From positions 1,678-65,677 of the forward strand of contig SOKL01000197.1 of the NCBI GenBank assembly GCA_004376265.1: DNA of 64,000 nt, in the 5' to 3' direction. This DNA comes from Candidatus Thorarchaeota archaeon. GTDB lineage: Archaea; Asgardarchaeota; Thorarchaeia; Thorarchaeales; Thorarchaeaceae. Positions 34,784-43,835 of this stretch are shown here, piece after piece; the first letter of the stretch is position 1, and the number at the start of each line of letters is the position of its first letter. The notes under the pieces were generated by a model that ran no database searches, was not told the origin of the DNA, and worked only from the letters and a program-made list of their open reading frames with translations. A program made the translations under genes and the position numbers.

Positions 34784-36481
34784 TCATTGAGATTCATTTC
34801 CGATTACATCTAGTGGATGACCATTCGACCACAATCGTGCACTTAGTATATCTAAGTCTGATCGATATTGCTCGTTAGTCATCATATCCATTATATTTCT
34901 GAGAGCTGGTTCATGACTCTCAATCCCATAATCCCTTGCATATATCAAAAATGCTCCATCATGAGCCCAATCGCGTTGTCCCTCTTTGAAATCATAAACA
35001 ACATTCAGTCCCGAGAATTGTAAAAGACCGTCCACTTTTTTCCTCCTAGTTTCAACTATTTCTTTTACCCTACGTTTAGACTCTCCTGGTTTTGGTCTTT
35101 CAAGAGTAACTATCAAGTCCATCATTGCGAGATTAGAATCTTGGATTCCATGACTAAGTTTCCATCTAGAAATAAGACTGGATGATGAGTCACTGTGGCA
35201 AGTCTGTAGAGAACGGAGACCAGCTGCAATCGCTTGAAAAAGAGCATTACTATGTTCAGCTGTTTGTATCTCTCCAAGAATGAGATAATCTGGTGATCTA
35301 TGTAGACTCTTGATGATTTCACTACTTTTATCCGATTTTCCCAACTGCTCATCCACAGGGTCTACTCTAAACCGAACTTGATGATGGTTCTTTTGATTTC
35401 TACTTTCCACAGCATCTTCAATGTAGATCTTCCTCCACCAGCGAGGTGTTGTCATATCCAGTGCATTCAGAAGCGTGGTCTTTCCAGTGCCTGGTCCTCC
35501 CGTTATGGTAATATTGAACCGACATGTAACTGATAGAAGTAGGATTGCAGCCACCTCGGGAGTGATTGTGTTATTATCAATTAAATCAGTAATTGAAAAC
35601 GGGCGGTTACGTGCACGCCGAATCTCAAGATGTAGCCCATCTGGACTGAGTGGAGGGATGCTAACGGAGAAACGTAGAGATGCTCCGAGAACCTGTAAAT
35701 CCATCTTCAACGAAGGATTGCTTCTATCTAAGTGAAGATTGCTCTCTGCACGGATTAATGTGATAATCTTGGGCACATCACTCTCAATAAAAGTGAAATT
35801 AGTGTCACATCTACCTAATTTCTGATGGTCAAAATATACATTAGCACCGGGATAATCAAGGTATAATTCCTCCACTAAATCATCTAGTAAGATCGGTATG
35901 AGAGATCCAAAAACACTTCTGCGTTGGGCAATGATTTCGGAAAGAGTAGTCCTTGTGGTTTGGTTTATTTCAGGAATGAGTTTCAGAATGTGTTTAGAAA
36001 TAATGTCAGTAATCATCTCAAGTCGCTGAGTTATTCCCTTTCTTACTGAAAACATACCACTACTATTCTCGAATTGTGTTGTAGTATCACTCAACTCTTC
36101 GACCAAAGAATACTCCAGGGAAGTCCTCACAATGGGAATGGAATGATGCTGTATCTGGTTCCTTGATTTCTTAAACAGAGTCAGATAAGGTCCGACTTTG
36201 TAAATCTCAAGAATATCGCCCAAATCTCTGAACAGTGGACAATTTATCCCTATGAACACAGTTTCCCATCCGTCAACATACCATGGAGGGTATGTTTGCT
36301 GCAATTCCTTATGCTCATTGAAATGAAGCAAACCTCGTTCTGCTTCAATCAATACTGTTCGAATGTTCTCCGTTGAAGAATTCTCACTCTGTCCTAATTT
36401 GCGACAACCAACATCCATCCTTTCAGGACAAGCTTCACATCTTCCAACAGAACATCGAATTAAACGAGTTTCTGAATCCAT
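34784..36481 (-). CDS. type II/IV secretion-system ATPase (FlaI/TadA/VirB11-PilB superfamily)
   Basis: Walker A ITITGGPGTGKTTLLNAL, then KIYIEDAVE and SPDYLILGEIQTAEHSNALFQAIAAGLRSLQTCH. A Cys-rich N-terminus (CSVGRCEACP) is also present. Confidence 0.8.
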   Translation of the reverse strand: MDSETRLIRCSVGRCEACPERMDVGCRKLGQSENSSTENIRTVLIEAERGLLHFNEHKELQQTYPPWYVDGWETVFIGINCPLFRDLGDILEIYKVGPYLTLFKKSRNQIQHHSIPIVRTSLEYSLVEELSDTTTQFENSSGMFSVRKGITQRLEMITDIISKHILKLIPEINQTTRTTLSEIIAQRRSVFGSLIPILLDDLVEELYLDYPGANVYFDHQKLGRCDTNFTFIESDVPKIITLIRAESNLHLDRSNPSLKMDLQVLGASLRFSVSIPPLSPDGLHLEIRRARNRPFSITDLIDNNTITPEVAAILLLSVTCRFNITITGGPGTGKTTLLNALDMTTPRWWRKIYIEDAVESRNQKNHHQVRFRVDPVDEQLGKSDKSSEIIKSLHRSPDYLILGEIQTAEHSNALFQAIAAGLRSLQTCHSDSSSSLISRWKLSHGIQDSNLAMMDLIVTLERPKPGESKRRVKEIVETRRKKVDGLLQFSGLNVVYDFKEGQRDWAHDGAFLIYARDYGIESHEPALRNIMDMMTNEQYRSDLDILSARLWSNGHPLDVIGNESQ

Positions 36482-36555
36482 TTAGTCAATCACCTTAGTT
36501 GGATTTCTAACTATCATTCAGAGGGTTCAAAGATAATCTCATAGTAAAAAGAGAT

Positions 36556-37599
36556 TCATTGCACACTCTCTTGAGATAGCTCGATTATCTTCTTCATCAT
36601 ACCAAAGTGGTCGCGGATACTATACTCTGCAACCTTTGTTGCATTCGATGCGAGTTTTTGAGTAAGAACTGCACGTTTTTCGTGGTGAATTGCTATTATC
36701 CGATCACTGGCATAAGCTACTGAAACTGTGAATATGAAGGGATTTCGACCTCCTCGCTTAGAGGCAGGTATCATATCAAGAACCTCCAATACCTTGTTTC
36801 TAAGAGCATTCTCGTATTCTTTAACTTCCCATCCTCTTGAATGAACCTTGCTGACTACCTTTGGATTATTCATTAGCATAGAGATTACCCTTGGGACATA
36901 ATCATCTGGCTTCCGAATTTGAGGTGAATATCCAGTCAATGATTTTAGCCTGAGTGCTTCTCTCACGATGGCCCTTACATTGACACGGTGTCCGATTTTC
37001 TCAAACACATTTGCTATCTCATCAAGGGTTATTGGAGCTTCATCTTTGAACTCCCTGACAGCCATCAAAAGACAGACTGCAATCAACAATATGTTGTTAC
37101 TTACTCTCTGAGGAGATTCTGACACCACCTTCTTGTAGAGATATGCTGTACGATCTCGAACTTGATCATTAAGCATAAGAAGTTTGGATACATGATTTAG
37201 AGTCCTGAGAGCTCTATACTTAGCCTCATTCTTTCCGATTCTAATTCTGGTACTATAGATTGTTTTCAGCCGTTTGAATTTCTTCTGCATTCTTCCGGAT
37301 AATGCATGTCCTTGAGAATCTTGAAAGTATTTATCCTTGTGAAATCCAATGTAACTACCAAGTCCATCTACGATATGCATCCGATTTCCTAGTGACACAT
37401 AGACACTTGCTCCAGGAGAGTTCGCATGTGGTCGATGCCCCATTTGGTAAGTTGGCAAAACAAATTCTCTTGAGAGTACCAAACCACATTCCGCACATAC
37501 AATGTGTCCTTGACTTGTGACCAAGAAACCACTGCAATCTGGACATAATTTCGAATTTGATGAACGAGATTCACATGATCCATTAGTCAAAAGCCACAC
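36556..37599 (-). CDS. tfb: transcription initiation factor IIB (TFB)
   Basis: GTG start. Zn ribbon CPDCSG..VCAECG followed by two cyclin-like repeats. 347 aa. Confidence 0.8.
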   Translation of the reverse strand: MWLLTNGSCESRSSNSKLCPDCSGFLVTSQGHIVCAECGLVLSREFVLPTYQMGHRPHANSPGASVYVSLGNRMHIVDGLGSYIGFHKDKYFQDSQGHALSGRMQKKFKRLKTIYSTRIRIGKNEAKYRALRTLNHVSKLLMLNDQVRDRTAYLYKKVVSESPQRVSNNILLIAVCLLMAVREFKDEAPITLDEIANVFEKIGHRVNVRAIVREALRLKSLTGYSPQIRKPDDYVPRVISMLMNNPKVVSKVHSRGWEVKEYENALRNKVLEVLDMIPASKRGGRNPFIFTVSVAYASDRIIAIHHEKRAVLTQKLASNATKVAEYSIRDHFGMMKKIIELSQESVQ

Positions 37600-37752
37600 C
37601 CATTAAACAGATGTGCAATCACTCCTAACTGAGTTTCAGATACCTAGTATCCACTCACAGGGAATACTAATTCGTCAGAATGAATTCCTGCCAAGATTGA
37701 ACAGACTTTATTGGCTTGGTCAGAAAGAGAGATTGCCGAAAGTAATCTCAAC

Positions 37753-38118
37753 TCACATGATCGCCAAGAAAAACTTGTCAGAGCTGAAAGTATTACTTTG
37801 GCTTGGAGTGGCTTTTGCGACAGAAAGAACTAATCTTAGCCCGCCTACAGAACCAATAATATCCAGATTATCATTTACTATTTTTTTGAAAACATTACCC
37901 TCAACGTAGAGCTTGGCCTGATCTCCCTTTGTAATAGGTTTGGAATCAATCAAGATACTAATCGAATCATTTGGGCTTAACATGTCACAAAGCGCATCTG
38001 GTAATTCTAATGAGAGTGTAGCACCATCACTTTTTGAAGACACATTCAACAACTTTAGCCTTTGAGTTTCAGTTTCCTTAATAGAGTCAATGACAGCATC
38101 CTTGAGTCGAATTACCAA
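37753..38118 (-). CDS. probable RNA polymerase subunit Rpo8 (RpoG, Rpb8 homologue)
   Basis: The C-terminal pattern LYVEGNVFKKI...IIGSVGGLRLVLSV...DKFFLAI parallels the YVMxGKVY...SFGGLLMxL signature of Rpb8/Sulfolobus Rpo8. Located directly upstream of tfb. Confidence 0.5.
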   Translation of the reverse strand: MVIRLKDAVIDSIKETETQRLKLLNVSSKSDGATLSLELPDALCDMLSPNDSISILIDSKPITKGDQAKLYVEGNVFKKIVNDNLDIIGSVGGLRLVLSVAKATPSQSNTFSSDKFFLAIM

Positions 38119-38217
38119 TTGAAATCACACTCCATTTAGTTAGAGTCTTTGACTGATGGCAAGCCGGGGTGAATTAAACCTACCGTTGAAACCAGGTGCT
38201 GTTTTTTAGGAAGGGTA

Positions 38218-39903
38218 ATGACAGGTTTCTGGTGTAGATCAGTGAAACGAAGGATACGAGCACTAATCCCAATATCGTTATTGCTCATTACATGTTTAGC
38301 AGTGCCTGTTTCTGCATTCTACTTTGATTTTCAGTATTTTGAAACTGACAAATTAGTATACGAAGTTGGCGAAACAATAAACATGGTTGCCAAATTAATT
38401 GCAGACTTTAGCAATCAGGGATGGAGTTACATTTCATTTGCTGTGGTGACAGACTTAGGTCCAGCGTTCGCAGATGAATATTTCATACCTCCCTCACCTG
38501 ACGTTCGCTACTTGAACTCATCATACACAATTCTACCTGAACACACATCCCCTAATGCCACTGGAGTCCAAGCGTTTGTTCTTTTCAATATCGAGATATT
38601 CAATACTGTTTCACAGGGAGCAGGGGACAATATCGAAATCACCATAGTCAGAGGACATCTTGATGTGATTCCACAAACACCTCTAATAGTTCAGTCTGAG
38701 ATTGACATGACGCTTTCGTTCAAGGTCGAAAGCATACATAACAGCAGCGTGGTTTACGCTGACGAAATATTGTCTTTACAAGTGGAGGATTTGAATTCTC
38801 AGACAGTTCTTGATACAAATTTGTTAACAACTACTGAAGGATTAATTTCCTTAAATTGGAATGATTCTCTAGGTCCGCCAGGATCATACAATCTAACACT
38901 GGTAAGTAACGGAAATGATGATTTTCTACCCTTTTCGGAATCATTTCAAGTAACTGTACTCCCTGCTTTGTCCAATTTATCCATTGTTTCTGCACCAATA
39001 TTCATCCATTGTCAATCACCCGATGGGAGTCATATTGAACAAGCTGATATTATTGTTGAACATATTGATCTCAATCTCAATTCTATCAATGATAGTACAA
39101 TTATTTGGGAAACAAGTTTTGGAAATGGTTCGATGACAAATCAAGGTAACGGACAATATTCTACAACTATTCCTTTTGAGACTAGTCCAGGAACCCATTT
39201 GGTTAATATCACTGCATCAAATCCTCAATTTCAGATAATTAGGGAAACAACCGTTATCAATGTTCTTCCTAATTCCTTACAATTCTCTCCGTTGCAACCT
39301 TCTTGGAATGTCACAAGAGGTCAAAATGTTACTATTGAGTTTCTAATTGAATTCGAACTCGATTGGAATCAAACGGTACAAGTTCAGTTCATTGATGGAG
39401 ATAATGAGTTCTCACTAGAATCAGAGATTTATCATGGAATATCAAGTAATCTTGTAATTTCAACATCATCTAATTATTCCATTGGCCCTCATACTGTGAA
39501 TGTTTCAACTAATAGTGAATATTATTCATTCCAAAATATATCTCAGTTTATTTTAGACGTTATAGGAATAATGAATCTAAATATATCAATCAACTCAGCA
39601 TTCTATAGAGAATCACTAAACTTCACCCTCACACTCCTCGATGATAACACTGAAACGATTGATTTTATTGACATTTTCGTATTTTACGACAATGAGGTCA
39701 TACCTTTCACAGTCATCAATTACGTCAATTCAAATATTGTACATTCTATTTCACTACCTCTGTGGCTTTCTCATGGTCTTCACAATATCTCATTTCGAGT
39801 GGAAAGTGACTACTTTCATAATATCTACCAAACATTGGTTGTCCAAGTCTGGATGAAAACAGATATTTCAATCGTGATTGTGATGAGTAACGGGGGAGAT
39901 TAA
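38218..39903 (+). CDS. secreted/surface beta-rich protein with many N-x-S/T sequons
   Basis: Signal-like IRALIPISLLLITCLAVPVSA. Composition and sequon density resemble 32353..34323. Confidence 0.55.
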   Translation: MTGFWCRSVKRRIRALIPISLLLITCLAVPVSAFYFDFQYFETDKLVYEVGETINMVAKLIADFSNQGWSYISFAVVTDLGPAFADEYFIPPSPDVRYLNSSYTILPEHTSPNATGVQAFVLFNIEIFNTVSQGAGDNIEITIVRGHLDVIPQTPLIVQSEIDMTLSFKVESIHNSSVVYADEILSLQVEDLNSQTVLDTNLLTTTEGLISLNWNDSLGPPGSYNLTLVSNGNDDFLPFSESFQVTVLPALSNLSIVSAPIFIHCQSPDGSHIEQADIIVEHIDLNLNSINDSTIIWETSFGNGSMTNQGNGQYSTTIPFETSPGTHLVNITASNPQFQIIRETTVINVLPNSLQFSPLQPSWNVTRGQNVTIEFLIEFELDWNQTVQVQFIDGDNEFSLESEIYHGISSNLVISTSSNYSIGPHTVNVSTNSEYYSFQNISQFILDVIGIMNLNISINSAFYRESLNFTLTLLDDNTETIDFIDIFVFYDNEVIPFTVINYVNSNIVHSISLPLWLSHGLHNISFRVESDYFHNIYQTLVVQVWMKTDISIVIVMSNGGD

Positions 39904-41021
39904 GATGTGGTCATAGCCTGAAGAAGCTCATCAGGTTCAATCATGAGCCCTCCTCCAATTTTTCGTAGTGGTATAATCTCAACTGACCCTTTTACAGCTC
40001 GTTCAACTTCTCTTGATAATTGTCCAAGGTTCAGTTCGGGAACCAGAATCTGATTAACAGTTTCAGCGAACTTTCTAACTGCTTCTTCAGGAAACGGCCA
40101 AAGTGTTCTCAACCTCATAGATCTTAGTCTTGACCCCGAACTGGTTGCTATAAGCTCTTCAACTGATCTAGATGTTGAACCGAATGATACAATTCCCCAC
40201 TCAGCTGTATCATGTCCTGAAAAGAGATAGTCCTCGATATATTCCTGTGCATCACAAATCTTCTTAGATAATCTTCTGATAAGCAAATCATGAACTTTTG
40301 GGTCTGCAGTTTTTCGAAAACCTTGATTGTTATGAGTGGACCCCGTCACAAGTAGATCATGACCATCTCCGAATCTAGGCATCAATGCATGACCCTCATC
40401 GTCAACATCTCCATACGGTTGATTTCCTGTGATAGTAAATTGCCTTTTCACAGTGACATCATTAGAACGGTCAACTACAACTTTCTCACGTGAATGTGCG
40501 ACAATTTCATCAGAGAGAAGAATCACTGGATGTCTAAGATTCTCGGAGAGTGCAAAGGCTTTGATTGTCAACTCGTATGTTTCCTGTGCAGAATTCGGTG
40601 CGAGAACCACACTTTCATAATCACCATGTGATCCCCATCGTGCTTGCATGAAATCACCCTGAGCCGCTTTGGTTGCTTGTCCAGTACTAGGACCAGCCCG
40701 TTGGACATTTACAATAACACAAGGAGTTTCTGTCATTACTGCATACCCAAGATTTTCCTGCATGAGACTAAAACCGGGGCCTGAGGTTGCTGTCATAGAC
40801 AGTTTTCCTCCCCAAGAGCTACCGATAACAGCAGAAACTGCAGCAATCTCATCCTCCATCTGAAGGAATACTCCATCAACTTTAGGGAGTTCATGCGACA
40901 TAATTTCTGCTATTTCAGAAGCTGGAGTGATTGGATAACCTGCAAAAAATCTACATCCTGTGGCAATAGCGGCTTCAGCACATGCCTGATTTCCTTGCCA
41001 AAATTCGATAGACATCGTCAT
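39900..41021 (-). CDS. 2-oxoacid:ferredoxin oxidoreductase alpha subunit (KorA/PorA-like), no partner subunit adjacent
   Basis: GNQACAEAAIATGCRFFAGYPITPASEI, TATSGPGFSLMQE and VQRAGPSTG. Confidence 0.8.
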   Translation of the reverse strand: MTMSIEFWQGNQACAEAAIATGCRFFAGYPITPASEIAEIMSHELPKVDGVFLQMEDEIAAVSAVIGSSWGGKLSMTATSGPGFSLMQENLGYAVMTETPCVIVNVQRAGPSTGQATKAAQGDFMQARWGSHGDYESVVLAPNSAQETYELTIKAFALSENLRHPVILLSDEIVAHSREKVVVDRSNDVTVKRQFTITGNQPYGDVDDEGHALMPRFGDGHDLLVTGSTHNNQGFRKTADPKVHDLLIRRLSKKICDAQEYIEDYLFSGHDTAEWGIVSFGSTSRSVEELIATSSGSRLRSMRLRTLWPFPEEAVRKFAETVNQILVPELNLGQLSREVERAVKGSVEIIPLRKIGGGLMIEPDELLQAMTTS

Positions 41022-41156
41022 GATTCAGGTCTCCGGACTGGCGTTGGCAACTCTGTTCAAGATAAGTATACTCTTTTGACAGTGTCTTGTAAACATCATA
41101 ATTGTTATCCATATGCCGATAGTCTTTTATCAAATATAACTCGGATGGGTTGCGCA

Positions 41157-41233
41157 GCGACCGTGGTCTAGTCTGGTTAGGACTGAAGCTTCCCAAGCTT
41201 CCAAGCCGGGTTCAAATCCCGGTGGTCGCACCA
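41157..41233 (+). tRNA. tRNA-Gly (anticodon CCC), no intron, CCA encoded
   Basis: GCGACCG-TG-GTC..GAC-T-GAAGC-TTCCCAA-GCTTC-CAAG-CCGGG-TTCAAAT-CCCGG-TGGTCGC-A-CCA. Confidence 0.9.
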
Positions 41234-41444
41234 ATACTTTTCGTTAGATTTAAGGGAAGATAGACAATTATAATATTGGCGAGTGATGATTGCTATGACC
41301 CCAATGAGTCAGAAATGACGATGATATGGATCTTGAGTTAGGAGCTCGCCATTACTTTCGGCAACCTCCCCTTTGATTATCCATTTAAGCGTACACTCCG
41401 AAAATCCTTTTAAGGTGCATAAACAGAGCTGTTTCTCGACTGTC

Positions 41445-42662
41445 ATGCCTCACGACTATGTTGAAGATGAACTCAGTAGACGTAGCGTATTCAAATCAGA
41501 ACAGTTCTTATCTATCGACTATGTACCAGAGAGTCTTCCTCACAGACAAAATGAAATCAGGGCTCTTGTTCAGAGCTTTAAGACTTTAATCAGCTCCCCA
41601 GGTCAAACAAGCCACAAATTCATCATTGAAGGTCCTGTGGGAACTGGAAAGACTGCGGTTGTAAAACGCTTCTCTGAACAGATGATTCAAGCTGCAAAGA
41701 GGCGTAATATCAGGCTTCACAGTATTCACATTAACTGTCGTGTTAACAAGACAGCATACCTTGTATTCCTTCGAGCGTTAAGAGAATTCGTACCAAAATT
41801 TCCCAGACGTGGACATTCCCCTGATGAGCTTCTTCAAATGCTAGTTGAAGTCCTCGATGAAGAGGATCGATACCTCTTGTTGATTCTTGACGAACTTGAT
41901 TATTTCATCAAACAAAGAGGCGCTGACATACTCTATGACCTAACTAGGATAATGGATGATAGGTTGAATGCAACACAGCGTCTCTCAATCATCGGAATAG
42001 GTCGTGAAATTCCCCTTGATGAAAAAATTCTTGATGCTAGCACACTCAGTACACTCCAACGTAATGTTCTACGATTTTCAAGGTACAATCATGATGCACT
42101 TTCAGACATTCTACGAGACCGTGTAGATATGGCCTTTGAGAAAAAGACTGTTATGGATGAAACAATCCAAGTTATCTGTGATATTGCATCTGGGCATGGT
42201 GATGCACGCTATGCAATTGAGCTCCTATGGCGTGCTGGAAAAAGTGCTGATAGTGACCAAGCAAATGTTGTAATACCCGATTATGCACGTCGTGCTAAAG
42301 CTGACACTCATCCTGAGCTTAGAAAGGAGATTTTTGCATCACTGCCTATGCAACATCAACTTTTGTTGTTGGCAGTAGCAAGGCAACTTAGGGATATTCG
42401 TAGTGCGTATGTCACAATGGGCGAAGTTGAAGAAATGTATCGCTTAATATGTGAAGAATATTATGAAGAACCACGAGCACATACCCAGATTTGGGAATGG
42501 GTCCAAGATCTTCATTCTCATGGGATAATAGATGCAAAGAAATCAAGCACAGGTCAGAGAGGTCAGACTACTCTAATCGGGTTCTCTGATGTTCCAGCTG
42601 AGATGTTAGAACAGTTCCTCTCAGGGTTACTCGATACCTCCAAGGAGGTTGTGAGAAAATAG
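41445..42662 (+). CDS. orc1: Orc1/Cdc6 replication initiator
   Basis: The start is set at MPHDYVEDEL... YVPESLPHRQNEI, Walker A GPVGTGKT, Walker B LLILDELD and the sensor GDARYAIELL are present, with a C-terminal winged helix. Confidence 0.9.
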   Translation: MPHDYVEDELSRRSVFKSEQFLSIDYVPESLPHRQNEIRALVQSFKTLISSPGQTSHKFIIEGPVGTGKTAVVKRFSEQMIQAAKRRNIRLHSIHINCRVNKTAYLVFLRALREFVPKFPRRGHSPDELLQMLVEVLDEEDRYLLLILDELDYFIKQRGADILYDLTRIMDDRLNATQRLSIIGIGREIPLDEKILDASTLSTLQRNVLRFSRYNHDALSDILRDRVDMAFEKKTVMDETIQVICDIASGHGDARYAIELLWRAGKSADSDQANVVIPDYARRAKADTHPELRKEIFASLPMQHQLLLLAVARQLRDIRSAYVTMGEVEEMYRLICEEYYEEPRAHTQIWEWVQDLHSHGIIDAKKSSTGQRGQTTLIGFSDVPAEMLEQFLSGLLDTSKEVVRK

Positions 42663-42956
42663 ATGGACGATGAAAGCTCATCTAAAGTTGCCATTGAGGA
42701 TATATTCTCATCAAGAGGCAGAATCAAGATACTCAAGACACTAGCTGGAGCTGATCATAGTGAGCTACCTATCTCTGAGCTCTGTAGAAAAGTGAACCTC
42801 AACCACAGTTCAACAAAATCACATCTTAAAGTGTTGATCAGATCTGGCCTAATTGAAGAGAAGACATATGGATCAAGAATCAAAATCTACCGATACAAGA
42901 TCGAAGACCTAAGAGCACGGTCTCTCCGGAGTCTGTTCAATTTATGGGACTCATAA
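42663..42956 (+). CDS. ArsR-like winged-helix protein, translationally abutting orc1
   Basis: The ATG immediately follows the orc1 TAG. GRIKILKTLAGADHSELPISELCRKVNLNHSSTKSHLKVLIRSGLIEEK. Confidence 0.65.
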   Translation: MDDESSSKVAIEDIFSSRGRIKILKTLAGADHSELPISELCRKVNLNHSSTKSHLKVLIRSGLIEEKTYGSRIKIYRYKIEDLRARSLRSLFNLWDS

Positions 42957-42971
42957 TGGGGGTTTCGTGAT

Positions 42972-43835
42972 ATGACGGACTATTTAGCGCGTCTGTTCTA
43001 TCTTGGCGACCTATATTATGGTTCACAATACCAACTTGGTTTCGATACTGTTCAAGGAAAACTAATTGATGCTTTAAACAGTTGGACCGGTGAAACACAT
43101 TCACCCCAAACAGTTCAACTTTCAGGAAGAACCGACCGAGGCGTTCACAGCATTGGACAACTAGTAATGCTGACTACGAGTAAACCAATTGACGTTGATA
43201 AGATAAACAAACACCTTCCAGAAGATATTCAATTGTGGGCGTCTGTAAAAGCTCCCGTTGACTTCAAACCCCGATACAGTGTATTGATGCGCCATTATAG
43301 ATACTATCTAACTGAATTTTGGAATGATGTTGATTCTACGCTGGTCAAGAAAGCTATTAACATTCTGATTGGTTCTAATGATTTCAGTCACTTATCAAAA
43401 CCAGACGCAGGGCGTAACACTCTAACCACGATTCTAAATATATCCCTCCAAGATGCTCATGAAGTATTCTTTCTAGATTTCTTCGGAACTCGTTTTCTTT
43501 GGAAATTAGTAAGGAAGATTGTTACTCTACTTACTGATGTAGGAAGAGGAAAAATCGGACTTGATGTAATCAATGACATACTTTCTGGACGCATTAGAAT
43601 TCCCAATGGAATCCGACCAGCTCCCCCAGAGAACCTAATTCTGATTGAAACTGCAATTCCGTTCAAACTAAAGATCAGTAAATACGCCATTCGGAGGATT
43701 ATGGCTCATCTACACGAAAGATTCGAGTACCATAAGCATTCAACAAAGACCCTAAGAAATGTCATCGATTTCTTTTCCGAACCAAGGCTGACTTTTCGAC
43801 CCTCAACCAAGCGGCGAAATTCTTCAGAACCTTAG
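42972..43835 (+). CDS. truA: tRNA pseudouridine synthase A (TruA/Pus1 family)
   Basis: YLGDLYYGSQYQ and the catalytic GRTDRGVHSIGQ. Confidence 0.85.
   Translation: MTDYLARLFYLGDLYYGSQYQLGFDTVQGKLIDALNSWTGETHSPQTVQLSGRTDRGVHSIGQLVMLTTSKPIDVDKINKHLPEDIQLWASVKAPVDFKPRYSVLMRHYRYYLTEFWNDVDSTLVKKAINILIGSNDFSHLSKPDAGRNTLTTILNISLQDAHEVFFLDFFGTRFLWKLVRKIVTLLTDVGRGKIGLDVINDILSGRIRIPNGIRPAPPENLILIETAIPFKLKISKYAIRRIMAHLHERFEYHKHSTKTLRNVIDFFSEPRLTFRPSTKRRNSSEP

Noticed and set aside
41283-41337. Possible C/D box sRNA between tRNA-Gly and orc1: perfect C box GTGATGA at 41283-41289, with ATGA about 14 nt later and ATGACGA as C'
   Set aside because: No proper D box (CTGA) lies at the required 12-nt spacing; only TTGA is present. 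The GGCGA/TCGCC flanking complementarity is 13 nt away from the putative D box, so the architecture fails.
41297-41386. Degenerate ORB-like matches upstream of orc1: GACCCCAATGAGTCAGAAATG at 41297-41317, and the reverse complement of 41365-41386, AAATGGATAATCAAAGGGGAGG
   Set aside because: Only the G-run and part of the TGGA/TCAA segment match. The dyad is absent and both candidates are in the same orientation. This is much weaker than the boxes at 18.3 and 22.5 kb, so it is noted but not called.
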